Assembly (NCBI GenBank): GCA_009908505.1
Contig: JAAAPD010000034.1
Coordinates: 1,430 to 65,429 of the forward strand
DNA: 64,000 nucleotides
Direction: 5' to 3'
From: Alphaproteobacteria bacterium
GTDB taxonomy: Bacteria; Pseudomonadota; Alphaproteobacteria; Rhodobacterales; Rhodobacteraceae
Made by a program: the position numbers and the translations under genes. Below are positions 9,452 to 18,726 of this stretch, piece by piece. Below the pieces are notes generated by a model. That model ran no database searches and was not told where the DNA came from. It saw nothing but the letters and a program-made list of their open reading frames with translations. Each line of letters opens with the position of its first letter. Within the stretch, counting starts at the first letter, position 1.

Positions 9452-10420
9452 TCAGACCTTGATGTTCACGAGACGGCGCATGACGATCACGTTGGCCACC
9501 AGGAAACCGGCCACGACCAGTGCGGCCGGGATGAAGGCCGACGTTTCGCGCACGTCGTCATAGTAATTCGGCTGGATCACGTTGATCATGACCAGCGCCA
9601 CGATCGGGAAGCCGGACAGGAACATGCCCGACCATTTCGCCTCGGCGGTGATGGCCTTGACCCTGCGGAACAGCTTGAATCGCGCCCGGATCACCTTGGC
9701 CAGGCCGTCGAGGATCTCGGCCAGGTTGCCGCCCGCCTGCTGCTGGATCGCCACCGCGACGGCCAAAAAGCGCAGATCCTGCATGTCGATGCGTTCGGCC
9801 ATGGCCTTGAGCGTTTCGCCCATGTCTCGGCCATAGGCCGCCTCGTCCGAGATCACGCCCATTTCGGAACCCAGCGGGTCCGGCACTTCCTTGGCCACGA
9901 TGGCCACGGCCGAGCTGAACGGGTGACCGACGCGCAACGACCGGACCATGAGTTCCACTGCGTCGGGCAGCTGTTCTTCCAGCATGGCCATGCGCTTTTT
10001 GGCCTTCGAATTGATCCAGACATAGACACTGCCCACGCCCATGGCGACCGCCACGGCCAACCGCACCGGCGCCGCCGCCGTGGTGCCGAAGGTCAGCGCG
10101 AAAAAGGCCACGCCCGACAGGACGCCCATGAGGATCATCAGCTGCGTCGGGGTGAAGGCGATGTTGGCCTTCTGGGCCTTGTTCGCCAGAAGCGAGTAAA
10201 GCGGGATCTTCTGGCTTTGCAGATGCTGGGTCATCTCCTTGCGGAGCTGTTCGAGCACTTCCTCGCGGTTGTTGCCCTTCTCCAGCATTTCCAGCCGGCG
10301 GTTGACCCGATTGTTGAGGCTGATCGACTTGCCGAAGGCGACAAGGTAGATGCCGTTCACCAGCACCAGGATCGAGATGAAGATCAGGCCATAGATGATG
10401 GGTTCTGCTGAAATCGTCAT
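9452..10420 (-). CDS. tadB: Tad platform protein TadB (T2SSF family)
   Basis: QLPDAVELMVRSLRVGHP, IQQQAGGNLAEIL and AITAEAKWS. Confidence 0.92.
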   Translation of the reverse strand: MTISAEPIIYGLIFISILVLVNGIYLVAFGKSISLNNRVNRRLEMLEKGNNREEVLEQLRKEMTQHLQSQKIPLYSLLANKAQKANIAFTPTQLMILMGVLSGVAFFALTFGTTAAAPVRLAVAVAMGVGSVYVWINSKAKKRMAMLEEQLPDAVELMVRSLRVGHPFSSAVAIVAKEVPDPLGSEMGVISDEAAYGRDMGETLKAMAERIDMQDLRFLAVAVAIQQQAGGNLAEILDGLAKVIRARFKLFRRVKAITAEAKWSGMFLSGFPIVALVMINVIQPNYYDDVRETSAFIPAALVVAGFLVANVIVMRRLVNIKV

Positions 10421-10421
10421 G

Positions 10422-11873
10422 TTACTGCGCCGCCACGGGTTCGAAGATTTGCGCGGGCAGGTCGTAACCCCAGAGCTTGAACCGCTCGGAGAAGTGCGAC
10501 CGCACGCCGGTGGCCGTGAAATGGCCGATGATCTTGTTGTCGGGGGTCAGGCCAACGCGCTGGTAGCGGAAGACCTCCTGCATCGAGATAACGTCGCCTT
10601 CCATGCCCGTCACCTCGGTGATCGAGACCATGCGGCGTGACCCGTCCTGCAGGCGGCTGACCTGGACGATCAGATGGACGGCGCTGGCGATCTGGCTGCG
10701 TACCGCCTTGAGCGGCATCTCGATCCCGGCCATGGCGACCATGTTCTCCAGGCGGCTGATGGCGTCGCGGGCGTTGTTGGCGTGGATGGTGGTCATCGAT
10801 CCGTCGTGGCCGGTGTTCATGGCCTGAAGCATGTCGATGACTTCCTCGCCGCGCGTTTCGCCGACGATGATGCGGTCGGGGCGCATCCGCAGGGCGTTCT
10901 TCAGACAGTCGCGCTGGCTTACCCCGCCCTTGCCCTCGACATTGGGTGGGCGGCTTTCCATCCGGCCGACATGGGTCTGCTGCAACTGCAGTTCGGCGGT
11001 GTCCTCGATCGTCAGGATGCGCTCGGAATCGTCGATGAAGGACGACAGCGCGTTCAACGAAGTCGTTTTACCCGAACCGGTCCCGCCCGACACGATCACG
11101 TTGAGGCGGGTCGAGACGGCGGCCTGCAGGAAGGCGGCCATTTCCTCGGAGAACGCGCCGAAATTCACCAGATCCTGGATGCCCAGCTTGTCCTTGGTGA
11201 ATTTCCGGATCGACACCAGAGACCCGTCCACAGCGATGGGTGGCACCATGGCGTTGAAACGCGACCCGTCGGCAAGGCGGGCGTCGACATAGGGGTTGGA
11301 TTCGTCCACGCGCCGACCCACGGCCGACACGATCTTGTCGATGATCCGCAGCAGGTGGCGTTCATCCTTGAAAGTGATGTCCGTGAGTTCCAGCTTGCCG
11401 CCGCGTTCCACGAAGATCTGCTTGGGGCCGTTGACCAGGATATCGTTGACCTTGTCGTCCTGAAGCAGGGTCTCCAGCGGGCCCAGGCCCTTGACCTCGA
11501 AAAACAGTTCTTGCGAAAGGGTGCTGCGTTCCTCGCGGTTCAGGACAACGCCCATATCCTCGAGCGTTTCGGTCGCGATTGCGTTGATCTCGGCCTTGAG
11601 GTCCTTTTCCGACGCCTGTTCGAGCGCGGCAAGGTTCAGGTTCTCCAGCAGTGCCTTGTGCAGTTCCAGCTTGACCTCGCCCAACTTCTCCTTGCGCTTG
11701 ATTTCCTTGTCCTTCGGAACAGGCTGCGCAGCGGTCGTGGGCGCGGCCTTCATCAAGGGCTTCTTGGGGGCGTCAGGGGCCGGGGCGGCCTCGCGCGCAT
11801 CCGGGGCGGCCTCGGGGGCCGGGGCAGGGGCAGCCTTTGGGGCCGGTGCCGTCTTTTTGTACTTCGAAAACAT
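10422..11873 (-). CDS. cpaF: Tad assembly ATPase CpaF/TadA
   Basis: Walker [32 protein letters not shown] and [15 protein letters not shown]; Pro/Ala-rich N-terminus. Confidence 0.95.
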   Translation of the reverse strand: MFSKYKKTAPAPKAAPAPAPEAAPDAREAAPAPDAPKKPLMKAAPTTAAQPVPKDKEIKRKEKLGEVKLELHKALLENLNLAALEQASEKDLKAEINAIATETLEDMGVVLNREERSTLSQELFFEVKGLGPLETLLQDDKVNDILVNGPKQIFVERGGKLELTDITFKDERHLLRIIDKIVSAVGRRVDESNPYVDARLADGSRFNAMVPPIAVDGSLVSIRKFTKDKLGIQDLVNFGAFSEEMAAFLQAAVSTRLNVIVSGGTGSGKTTSLNALSSFIDDSERILTIEDTAELQLQQTHVGRMESRPPNVEGKGGVSQRDCLKNALRMRPDRIIVGETRGEEVIDMLQAMNTGHDGSMTTIHANNARDAISRLENMVAMAGIEMPLKAVRSQIASAVHLIVQVSRLQDGSRRMVSITEVTGMEGDVISMQEVFRYQRVGLTPDNKIIGHFTATGVRSHFSERFKLWGYDLPAQIFEPVAAQ

Positions 11874-11885
11874 CTGGCGGACTCC

Positions 11886-13124
11886 TTATGCGGTTGCCGC
11901 GTCCTCGGACACGTTGTGTTCATGCACCGACGTGGCCAGCTTCAGGATTTCCTTGCGCAAGGGGTTCTTGGGCAGCCCCTCGGCCAGGGGCACGCCATGG
12001 TCGGCATTCTGTGCCACCGGGCGGCCGCCATCGGGCATCTGCACCTCGATCGAGATGCCGAGGCTTTCCGACAGGCGCTTGATCCGGCTCTTTCCGTTCA
12101 GGTCGGTGAATTTCGGTGCGCGGTTCAGCACGAAGCGGAGTTTTTCGAAGGGCAGTTGTTCGGCCTGCAGCGCACGTTTGACGCGCAGCGTGTTCTGCGC
12201 CGACCGCATGTCCAGCTCAAGCGTGGCGAAGTAGACATGCGCCGCGTTCAGGACGGTCTCGGTCCATTCCACGAAGGTCTTGGGCATGTCGATGACCACG
12301 TAGTCGAAATTCACCCGCGCGGTTTCGATCAGCCGGGTGATATCCTCGGAGGTGACAAGATCCAGCGGGATCAGGTCCGTCGGCGCTGTCAGGACGTGGA
12401 GCTTTTCCTCGAAGCCCAGAAGGGCCTGCATGAAGCTCTCGCTGTCCATGGTTTCGGTATCCTGCAGAAGCTCGAACACCGATTCCCGCCGCGGCAGATC
12501 AAGAAACGTCGAGGTGCTGCCAAACTGGAAATCCAGGTCAATCAGGCAGACCCGCGGCGCTTTGGTCTTATCGATATTGGCGAGTTCCCAGGCAATGTTG
12601 ACGGCCAGGGTGGTGGCGCCGGTGCCGCCGGCCATGCCCTGGATGGGGATCACCACGCCGCTGCGATCATCGGTGGCCTTGAGCACCGTCGGCGTTTCGG
12701 GGGCGGGCGGCTCGGGCGGGGAAAGGACCCGTTCGACCGCTTGGGCCAGTTCGCCTTCGGGCAGCGGGTAGGGGACGAATTCGTCGCCGCCTTCGCGCAG
12801 CAACATGTGCAGCGACGCCGGAGAGACCTCTTCGCCGATGATGATGATACTGCGGATTGATCGGGCCTTCGCAGCCCGGACGATATCGACGATCAGGCCG
12901 ATTTCGCCTTCGTCCTCTTCGTCCAGCGCGATGGCGAGGAATTCCAGCTCTTCGGCCTCGGGCTGTTCGAGGAAGGCCAGGGCATCCTCGAATCCCAGAT
13001 CGCCCCAGCTTTCACCCATGCAGGTTTCCATGTCCTCGATCAACAGGTCGAAATTCTGCACGTCACGGCTGACGGTGCAGGCCGTGATCGGTTGCGGGTC
13101 TGGCTGCAGCATTGCACTACTCAT
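11886..13124 (-). CDS. cpaE: CpaE/TadZ pilus localisation protein (receiver-like domain + MinD-like ATPase)
   Basis: Deviant P-loop GMAGGTGATT, LIDLDFQFG and DYVVIDMP; located upstream of cpaF. Confidence 0.88.
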   Translation of the reverse strand: MSSAMLQPDPQPITACTVSRDVQNFDLLIEDMETCMGESWGDLGFEDALAFLEQPEAEELEFLAIALDEEDEGEIGLIVDIVRAAKARSIRSIIIIGEEVSPASLHMLLREGGDEFVPYPLPEGELAQAVERVLSPPEPPAPETPTVLKATDDRSGVVIPIQGMAGGTGATTLAVNIAWELANIDKTKAPRVCLIDLDFQFGSTSTFLDLPRRESVFELLQDTETMDSESFMQALLGFEEKLHVLTAPTDLIPLDLVTSEDITRLIETARVNFDYVVIDMPKTFVEWTETVLNAAHVYFATLELDMRSAQNTLRVKRALQAEQLPFEKLRFVLNRAPKFTDLNGKSRIKRLSESLGISIEVQMPDGGRPVAQNADHGVPLAEGLPKNPLRKEILKLATSVHEHNVSEDAATA

Positions 13125-13343
13125 GCCTGGTTCCGTCCTTCTTTACCTGGCCCGTCTCTTTGAACTGCGCGGGGCCGATTGCTCGTAATCTTCGGACCCT
13201 GTCTCAAGACGTACTCGGGGCCGTGATGGCGTTGAAATTCACTGAGAAACATGTCGAGAATTGGGCCGAAATTCCGCCATTGTGCGAAATCATGCGACGA
13301 TCACGCAGCGACGCGTTCTCTGTTTCCGGGACGTCGCAAAGAA

Positions 13344-13366
13344 AAAGGGGCCGCTGGGGCCCCTTT
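13344..13366 (-). terminator. Intrinsic terminator after the ompA-like gene
   Basis: Stem AAAGGGGCC/GGCCCCTTT; on the minus strand it is followed by TTTTTCTTT. Confidence 0.7.
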
Positions 13367-13403
13367 GTTGATGTGTGTTCGAATTCCCGGTGGGTGCGGG
13401 GGA

Positions 13404-14105
13404 TCAGGTGCCGCCGCCACCGCCGCCACCACCACCACCGGTGGGCAGATTCGTTGAATGGCCAAGACCCGCCGGGTTGGCGTCACCCAAGCTTCCGGAA
13501 ACGCCGGTCGACACGTAGTCACGGAAGATCACCGCGGCGTATTCCCCGTTCAGGATCGTCGGGTGATTCTGAACGAAGCCGGTCACCTCGGTCACCGTGC
13601 GGCGATTGCGGCGTTCGCGCCCTTCGGTCACGATCAGCGGCTGGGTTTCGCCTTGGCTGACCACGGCCTCGAGTCGGCTGCGATCGACCCCCTGGCTGAC
13701 CAGGTAGGCCACGGCCGCTTGCGCCCGGCGCAGGCCGAGCCCCCGGTTATAGCCGCGCGACCCGACCAGGTCGGTATGGCCGTAGACCTTGAACCGGACC
13801 TCGGGGAACTGGTTGATCCAGGTGGCCTGCTGCCGCAGGATCTGGCGGGCTTGCTGGTCCAGCGCGGTGGAGTTGAACGCGAAGTTGATCATCGGCTGGA
13901 CCTCGTTCGAGAAACGCTGGTTCAGGTTGATCAAGTAGTTGGCCTGGCCGGTCCCGACGAGGACATTGTTCATCGTCGCATTGCCGAAATAGCCGGTATC
14001 GAGCTGCGCGCCCGCCTCGCGGGTGTTGAAATCACGCCATTCGTTGGCACAGCCGCTCAGGGCAAACAGGCCAGTGGCCGCGATGATGGTGAGGGGTCGT
14101 TTCAT
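13404..14105 (-). CDS. OmpA-family peptidoglycan-binding lipoprotein of the Tad locus, with a poly-Gly tail
   Basis: Lipobox LSGC; OmpA motifs FAFNSTAL, GHTDLVGSRGYNRGLGLRRA and RNRRTV; 10 Gly codons at the C-terminus. Start ATG 14105 with GGAG RBS. Confidence 0.88.
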   Translation of the reverse strand: MKRPLTIIAATGLFALSGCANEWRDFNTREAGAQLDTGYFGNATMNNVLVGTGQANYLINLNQRFSNEVQPMINFAFNSTALDQQARQILRQQATWINQFPEVRFKVYGHTDLVGSRGYNRGLGLRRAQAAVAYLVSQGVDRSRLEAVVSQGETQPLIVTEGRERRNRRTVTEVTGFVQNHPTILNGEYAAVIFRDYVSTGVSGSLGDANPAGLGHSTNLPTGGGGGGGGGGT

Positions 14106-14116
14106 GGCCTCGCTCC

Positions 14117-15544
14117 TCAATTGTCCATGACGTAGCCATAGGACCCGCTGAAGTCCTGGCGCGCCACTTCGCCGGCGCCGCCCGAGCTGGGGGCGTTCTC
14201 CGATGCGACCCGGCCGAAAAGGAACAGGTCGCGTTCCGAGGGCGGGCGGACCCGGTCCGTCGGCAGGGCCAGCGCCTCGCCACGGGTCGGTGTCACCAGG
14301 TGCGGTGTGACGATGATGACCAGTTCGGTCTGCTGGCGCGAATATTCGGCGCTGCGGAACAGCGCGCCCAGCACCGGGATATCGCCCAGCCACGGAACCT
14401 GGCCGTTCAGGTCGGTGAAGTCATCCGACAGCAGCCCGGCGATGGCGAAGCTTTCGCCGTCGCGCATCTCGACCGTGGTCGAGGTCTCGCGGGTGCTGAA
14501 GGCGTCGATGGAAAAGCCGCTCTGGTTGAAGCCGTTGGTCGGATCCAGTGCGCTGACCGAGGCGTTGAGTTCCAGGTTGATCACATCGCCGTCGATAACC
14601 CTCGGGATGAAGTTCAGCTCGATGCCGAAGGGCTTGTATTCCACGGTGATCGTGTCGTCGTCCTGGGCGATCGGGATCGGGTATTCGCCGCCAGCCAGGA
14701 ACCGCGCCTCCTGGCCCGACAGGGCGGTCAGGTTCGGTTCGGCCAGGGTGCGGACCACGCCGCGCTGCTCCAGGGCCTCCATCAGGATCCCGACCTCGAG
14801 GCCGCCGGCATTGAACCCGAAGAGCATGGCGCCCTGGTTGTCGTTCGACCCCGGAAGTGCGCCGCTCAGGGCGCCGGTGCGGCCGCCCTCGGTCACGGTG
14901 GTGCCGGTGCCGCCGGCCGTGCCGAGGTCGCCGCCCAGAAGATCGCCGCCGATGGCGATGGAAGAGCTGAGCTGTTTCGACACCGAGCGCTGCATCTCGG
15001 CAAAGCGCACCCGCAGCATGACCTGCTGGGTGCCGCCGACGCTCATCAGGTTGGACACGCGCCCGGCCGCATAGCGTTCGGCCAGTTGCAGGGCCCGGTC
15101 CAGCCGCGCCGACGAGCTGACCGTGCCGGACAGCACGATACCGTCATTGGCGGTACGCACCTCGATGGGCTCGCCCGGCAGGATCTGTTCCAGACGTTCC
15201 TTGAATTCCGCGATATCGGGTGTGACGTGGATTTCCACGTTGGTGATCAGCCGCCCGTCGCCGCCCAGAAGGGTCAGCGTTGTGCGCCCCGGCTCCTTGC
15301 CCAACACGTAGATGGTGCGTTCCGAAAGCGACGAGATGTCGGCGATACCGGGATTGGCGATCGACAATTCACTGAACGGAACGTCGCTTTCGACCACCAC
15401 GGCCCGGTTCATGGGCACGTTCAACGCCCGTGAGGGTGAGCCGCTCATGACCCGAAGGGTTTCGGCCGGCGACATCGAGGGCGCCGCCATGAATATAAAG
15501 GAAAGCCCGGCAAGGGCTGCCTTGAAAAGTGTCTTTAATGTCAT
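14117..15544 (-). CDS. cpaC: Tad secretin CpaC/RcpA
   Basis: Signal peptide, BON-like region, QVMLRVRFAEM, AEPNLTALSGQEARFLAGGEYPIP, PWLGDIPVLGALFRS and ELVIIVTP. Start moved to ATG 15544. Confidence 0.95.
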   Translation of the reverse strand: MTLKTLFKAALAGLSFIFMAAPSMSPAETLRVMSGSPSRALNVPMNRAVVVESDVPFSELSIANPGIADISSLSERTIYVLGKEPGRTTLTLLGGDGRLITNVEIHVTPDIAEFKERLEQILPGEPIEVRTANDGIVLSGTVSSSARLDRALQLAERYAAGRVSNLMSVGGTQQVMLRVRFAEMQRSVSKQLSSSIAIGGDLLGGDLGTAGGTGTTVTEGGRTGALSGALPGSNDNQGAMLFGFNAGGLEVGILMEALEQRGVVRTLAEPNLTALSGQEARFLAGGEYPIPIAQDDDTITVEYKPFGIELNFIPRVIDGDVINLELNASVSALDPTNGFNQSGFSIDAFSTRETSTTVEMRDGESFAIAGLLSDDFTDLNGQVPWLGDIPVLGALFRSAEYSRQQTELVIIVTPHLVTPTRGEALALPTDRVRPPSERDLFLFGRVASENAPSSGGAGEVARQDFSGSYGYVMDN

Positions 15545-15740
15545 GTGACCTGCCTCTCGATCACGCCCAAAGGAGGGCATTTTTGCCCGTTATTGATACG
15601 ACCCTGCACTGAATTGGCTTTTATTGCAAGAATCAATGCTGTGGGTGCGTCTCTTCATGTGGATAACCAGCAACATCTGCCGAAACGCGAAGGCCCGGCC
15701 CCAAACGGGACCGGGCGCGGCATGATGCATTGGATGCCGC

Positions 15741-16607
15741 TCAGTTGGTGCAGGGAATGACCACCTCGACCTGTTCCGTCCCGCGGTTCTGGCGGATCGT
15801 GCAGACGCGTTCCTGTTCGACCGGTTCGGGCTCTTCGCGCGGTGTGATGCCCAGCAGCGTGGCCTGGTTTACCTCGATCTGGCTTGTCAGGTCCGACGGC
15901 GGACCGTCACCCACAAGGGCCAGCGACAATTCACCTGACCCTTGCGCGGTAGCGAGCGCGGCCACTTGTCTACTGTCGGCTTCGACGGTGACGGTGCGCA
16001 CCCTTTCCGATGCCGAGGACCGCCCGCTATCGGTGCTCTGGTCGACGGCGACGATGGTCAGGCCGCTCTGGATCAGGCGGGTGGTGACACCGTTGGTGCC
16101 GCCCATGTCGCCAAGGTTGACCTGGCCGGTCCAGTAGACGTCGACCCGGTCACCCGGCCGCAGGAAGCCGGACACGGCCGAGCGCACGTTCACGTCGATC
16201 GCATAGGCCTGCATACCAGGCGTCAGAAGGGCATTGATGCCAGCGCTTTCGCCGGGTGCCGTGACCTTGACGGCCATCAGCGGTTCGTTCGGTTCCATCT
16301 GGCGCACGGCGACGCGCAGCTTCTCGGGACCGTCGGGAAAGAATTCCTCCTGGGTGCGGAAAACACCCTCGGGCAGGAAGGGTTCGGCATGCTTGATGAT
16401 GACGACATCTTCCGGCGTGATCTGTTGCCCGTATTCCACCGTGCGGTTCACGGCGAGCACATCGACCGTGGGCGCATTCTGGGCCATGGCGGCGCGCTGG
16501 GCCGCGAGTTGGGCATTCTGTTGTTCGAAATAGCCCTGGACCATGTAAATGGCCGCGCCTGCCAAGCCGACCCCGATGACCAGGACAAGACCAAATACTG
16601 CTCGCAT
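15741..16607 (-). CDS. cpaB: Flp pilus assembly protein CpaB/RcpC
   Basis: N-terminal TM, SAF domain, SAVSGFLRPGDRVDVYWT, TVTVEA and LSLAL. Start ATG 16607. Confidence 0.92.
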   Translation of the reverse strand: MRAVFGLVLVIGVGLAGAAIYMVQGYFEQQNAQLAAQRAAMAQNAPTVDVLAVNRTVEYGQQITPEDVVIIKHAEPFLPEGVFRTQEEFFPDGPEKLRVAVRQMEPNEPLMAVKVTAPGESAGINALLTPGMQAYAIDVNVRSAVSGFLRPGDRVDVYWTGQVNLGDMGGTNGVTTRLIQSGLTIVAVDQSTDSGRSSASERVRTVTVEADSRQVAALATAQGSGELSLALVGDGPPSDLTSQIEVNQATLLGITPREEPEPVEQERVCTIRQNRGTEQVEVVIPCTN

Positions 16608-16649
16608 CGTCTTTCCTTTCGGTTGCGGTGCCTCTGCGACACCCACTCA

Positions 16650-16664
16650 TTAAAGTCACCTTAT
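16650..16664 (-). promoter_or_regulatory. Putative CtrA box upstream of cpaB
   Basis: TTAA-agtcacc-TTAT, one mismatch to TTAA-N7-TTAA, 43 nt upstream of the cpaB ATG. Confidence 0.55.
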
Positions 16665-16756
16665 ACCTGTCGAATGCGGCCATTTTTTGCCGTCTTGATG
16701 GTGGCTTCTGGACAATGCCCAAGGGGGCAGGGCATTGGGCATTTGCGTGGCGTCCG

Positions 16757-16942
16757 TCAGAAGGTCTGGATCGACTGGTTGCTCAGATGGGCGCCAAGAC
16801 CGGTGGACTTGTCTGTCGCACCCTGGGCAATCACGGCGATGACTCCGATACCCAGTCCGACGATTGCCGCAGTCAGCACGACCCAGTCGACGGTTACCGC
16901 GCCGCACTCGTCGCGGCGAAATCTCTCAAAAATGCGTTTCAT
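16757..16942 (-). CDS. flp: Flp family pilin, divergent third copy
   Basis: 61 aa; RFRRDECG|AVTVDWVVLTAAIVGLG; GGAG RBS. Confidence 0.9.
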   Translation of the reverse strand: MKRIFERFRRDECGAVTVDWVVLTAAIVGLGIGVIAVIAQGATDKSTGLGAHLSNQSIQTF

Positions 16943-17061
16943 GGCGGTCTCCAGGGTCGGTCGTGAATTGAATTGATCGCTATCGGGTCAATGTGGCGGT
17001 TTGTGGACCTATCGATGGCGTTTCGGCGCTCGCGGCGAGGCTGTGGGCACGGGTCCGAGGT

Positions 17062-17096
17062 AAAAAAGGGCCGCCCGCAAGACGGGCGACCCTTTT
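17062..17096 (-). terminator. Intrinsic terminator after the two near-identical flp genes
   Basis: Minus strand reads AGGGTCGCCCG-tcttg-CGGGCGGCCCT-TTTTTA. Confidence 0.75.
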
Positions 17097-17116
17097 GTCG
17101 GTCCGAGCCGCCGCGA

Positions 17117-17302
17117 TCAGTAGGTCGCGATGGTCTGGGCGCTCAGTTGCGCCTCGATCTTGTCGGCCAGGTCGGCGGTGCCACCACCGACGGAAGCCAG
17201 CACGGCGATGCCGAGGCCAACGATGGCGGCGGTCAGCACGACCCAGTCGACGGTCACGGCGCCGTCTTCGTCACGGCGGAAGTTCTTGATAAAGTTCAGC
17301 AT
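17117..17302 (-). CDS. flp: Flp family pilin, copy 2
   Basis: 61 aa; NFRRDEDG|AVTVDWVVL..; GGAG RBS. Confidence 0.93.
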   Translation of the reverse strand: MLNFIKNFRRDEDGAVTVDWVVLTAAIVGLGIAVLASVGGGTADLADKIEAQLSAQTIATY

Positions 17303-17334
17303 TGGATTTCTCCGTTCTTCGGTTCGTATCGCGA

Positions 17335-17520
17335 TCAGTAGGTCGCGATGGTCTGGGCGCTCAGTTGCGTCTCGATCTTGTCGGCCAGGTCGGCGGTGCC
17401 ACCACCGACGGAAGCAAGCACGGCGATGCCGAGGCCAACGATGGCGGCGGTCAGCACGACCCAGTCGACGGTCACGGCGCCGTCTTCGTCACGGCGGAAG
17501 TTCTTGATGAAGTTCAGCAT
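17335..17520 (-). CDS. flp: Flp family pilin, copy 1
   Basis: 61 aa; identical to copy 2 except Thr51 in place of Ala51. Start ATG 17520 with GAGGAGG RBS. Confidence 0.93.
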   Translation of the reverse strand: MLNFIKNFRRDEDGAVTVDWVVLTAAIVGLGIAVLASVGGGTADLADKIETQLSAQTIATY

Positions 17521-17876
17521 TGTATGTCCCTCCTCAGGGGTATCGCTCAGTTTCTGTTCCCGTCCCGGATCGCCCTGCACCGGCCTCTCAATGGCACAGT
17601 CCCCGTTTCGGATGAGGCAATATGGCCATTCGATTGGGGCAAGATTTGGACGGCATTCGTGCATTTTTGCATCCCCTTAACTATTTGCCGATAACCGATG
17701 TATTTAATTGAAAAATATAGAAAAAAAACTTTTCAACTTTGTGTCTCGGCGTGTCTTTGTTGATGGTGGCGCGCCAATTCCACAACAGACTTCCGGACTG
17801 TTCACGTGAATGCTGGTCAGGCCGCAGCGCGCGCGATATGTTTTCCACAAACCAGAGGCAGGCGGAGACCGCAACA

Positions 17877-18725
17877 ATGCGGCGCAGTATGATATTGGCC
17901 GGGCTTGTCGGCCTGACCGTGGCCACGGGCGGCCGCGCAGAGCAAGACAGGCTACAACCGGATTTCACCTTCAAGCGGGTCGGCGTACCGCCCGCTGGCG
18001 CCACCAATCGCATCAACGTGCAGATCGCACCGGGCGCGCCATCGGGACCGTCTGCGCCGCCATCGGCCGGCCAGGCCGCATCGCAGAGCCCGCGCGCGCC
18101 CGCCATTTCCGGGCTTGCCCCGGCCCCGTCCGAGGTCGCCTGGTTCTGGGAGGCGGTCTCGCCCAGCCTGGACCTGTCCAGCCCGGCCAGCCACGTGGCC
18201 GCCGAAAATGCCCTTCTCAATGCGCCCGATGACGCGGCGGTGCCGCAACCGCGGCTTCAATCCATGAGCGAACTGGCGGCGCGCTACGGGGTCGAGATCC
18301 TTGCCGCCTCGATCGGCAAGGAGGTATCCCCGGCCCTGGTCCTGGCGGTGATCTCGGTGGAGAGCGCCGGCAAGTCCGACGCGGTCAGCCGTGCGGGCGC
18401 CCGGGGCCTGATGCAGCTTATGCCTGCGACCGCCGAACGGTTCGGGGTTCGGGACAGCTTCGATCCGGGGCAGAACATCGCCGGGGGCGTGGCCTACCTG
18501 GACTGGCTGATGAGAGAGTTCGACCGCGACCTGCTGATGGTCCTGGCCGGCTACAATGCCGGTGAGGGAGCCGTGAGGGACAACAACGGTGTGCCGCCCT
18601 ATGCCGAAACGCGGGCCTATGTGCCCAAGGTCCTGGCCGCTTGGCAGGTGGCGCGGGGGCTGTGCATCACGCCGCCCGAACTGCCGACCGATGGCTGTGT
18701 CTTTAACGTGAATTCGGAGGGCTGA
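17877..18725 (+). CDS. Lytic transglycosylase (SLT domain), divergent from the flp genes
   Basis: Signal peptide; AVISVES (catalytic Glu), GARGLMQLMPAT, LAGYNAGEG and YAETRAYV. Start moved to ATG 17877. Confidence 0.9.
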   Translation: MRRSMILAGLVGLTVATGGRAEQDRLQPDFTFKRVGVPPAGATNRINVQIAPGAPSGPSAPPSAGQAASQSPRAPAISGLAPAPSEVAWFWEAVSPSLDLSSPASHVAAENALLNAPDDAAVPQPRLQSMSELAARYGVEILAASIGKEVSPALVLAVISVESAGKSDAVSRAGARGLMQLMPATAERFGVRDSFDPGQNIAGGVAYLDWLMREFDRDLLMVLAGYNAGEGAVRDNNGVPPYAETRAYVPKVLAAWQVARGLCITPPELPTDGCVFNVNSEG

Positions 18726-18726
18726 G

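Larger units (their letters stand above)
17112..17520. repeat. Tandem duplication of the flp coding sequence (period 218 nt)
   Basis: 17117-17302 and 17335-17520 differ at 3 of 186 nt by direct comparison; the upstream spacers are unrelated. Confidence 0.95.

Noticed and set aside
12629-12661. CpaE P-loop lacking the Walker A lysine
   Set aside because: A deviant P-loop is normal for CpaE/TadZ proteins, so it is not novel.
10674-12860. 728-aa plus-strand ORF
   Set aside because: Antisense shadow of cpaF/cpaE. High-GC codon bias leaves few stops in that frame, and it has no recognisable motifs.
17112-17520. Direct repeat considered as a CRISPR array or IS end
   Set aside because: The repeat unit is an entire pilin CDS. 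There are no short repeat-spacer units, cas genes or transposase.
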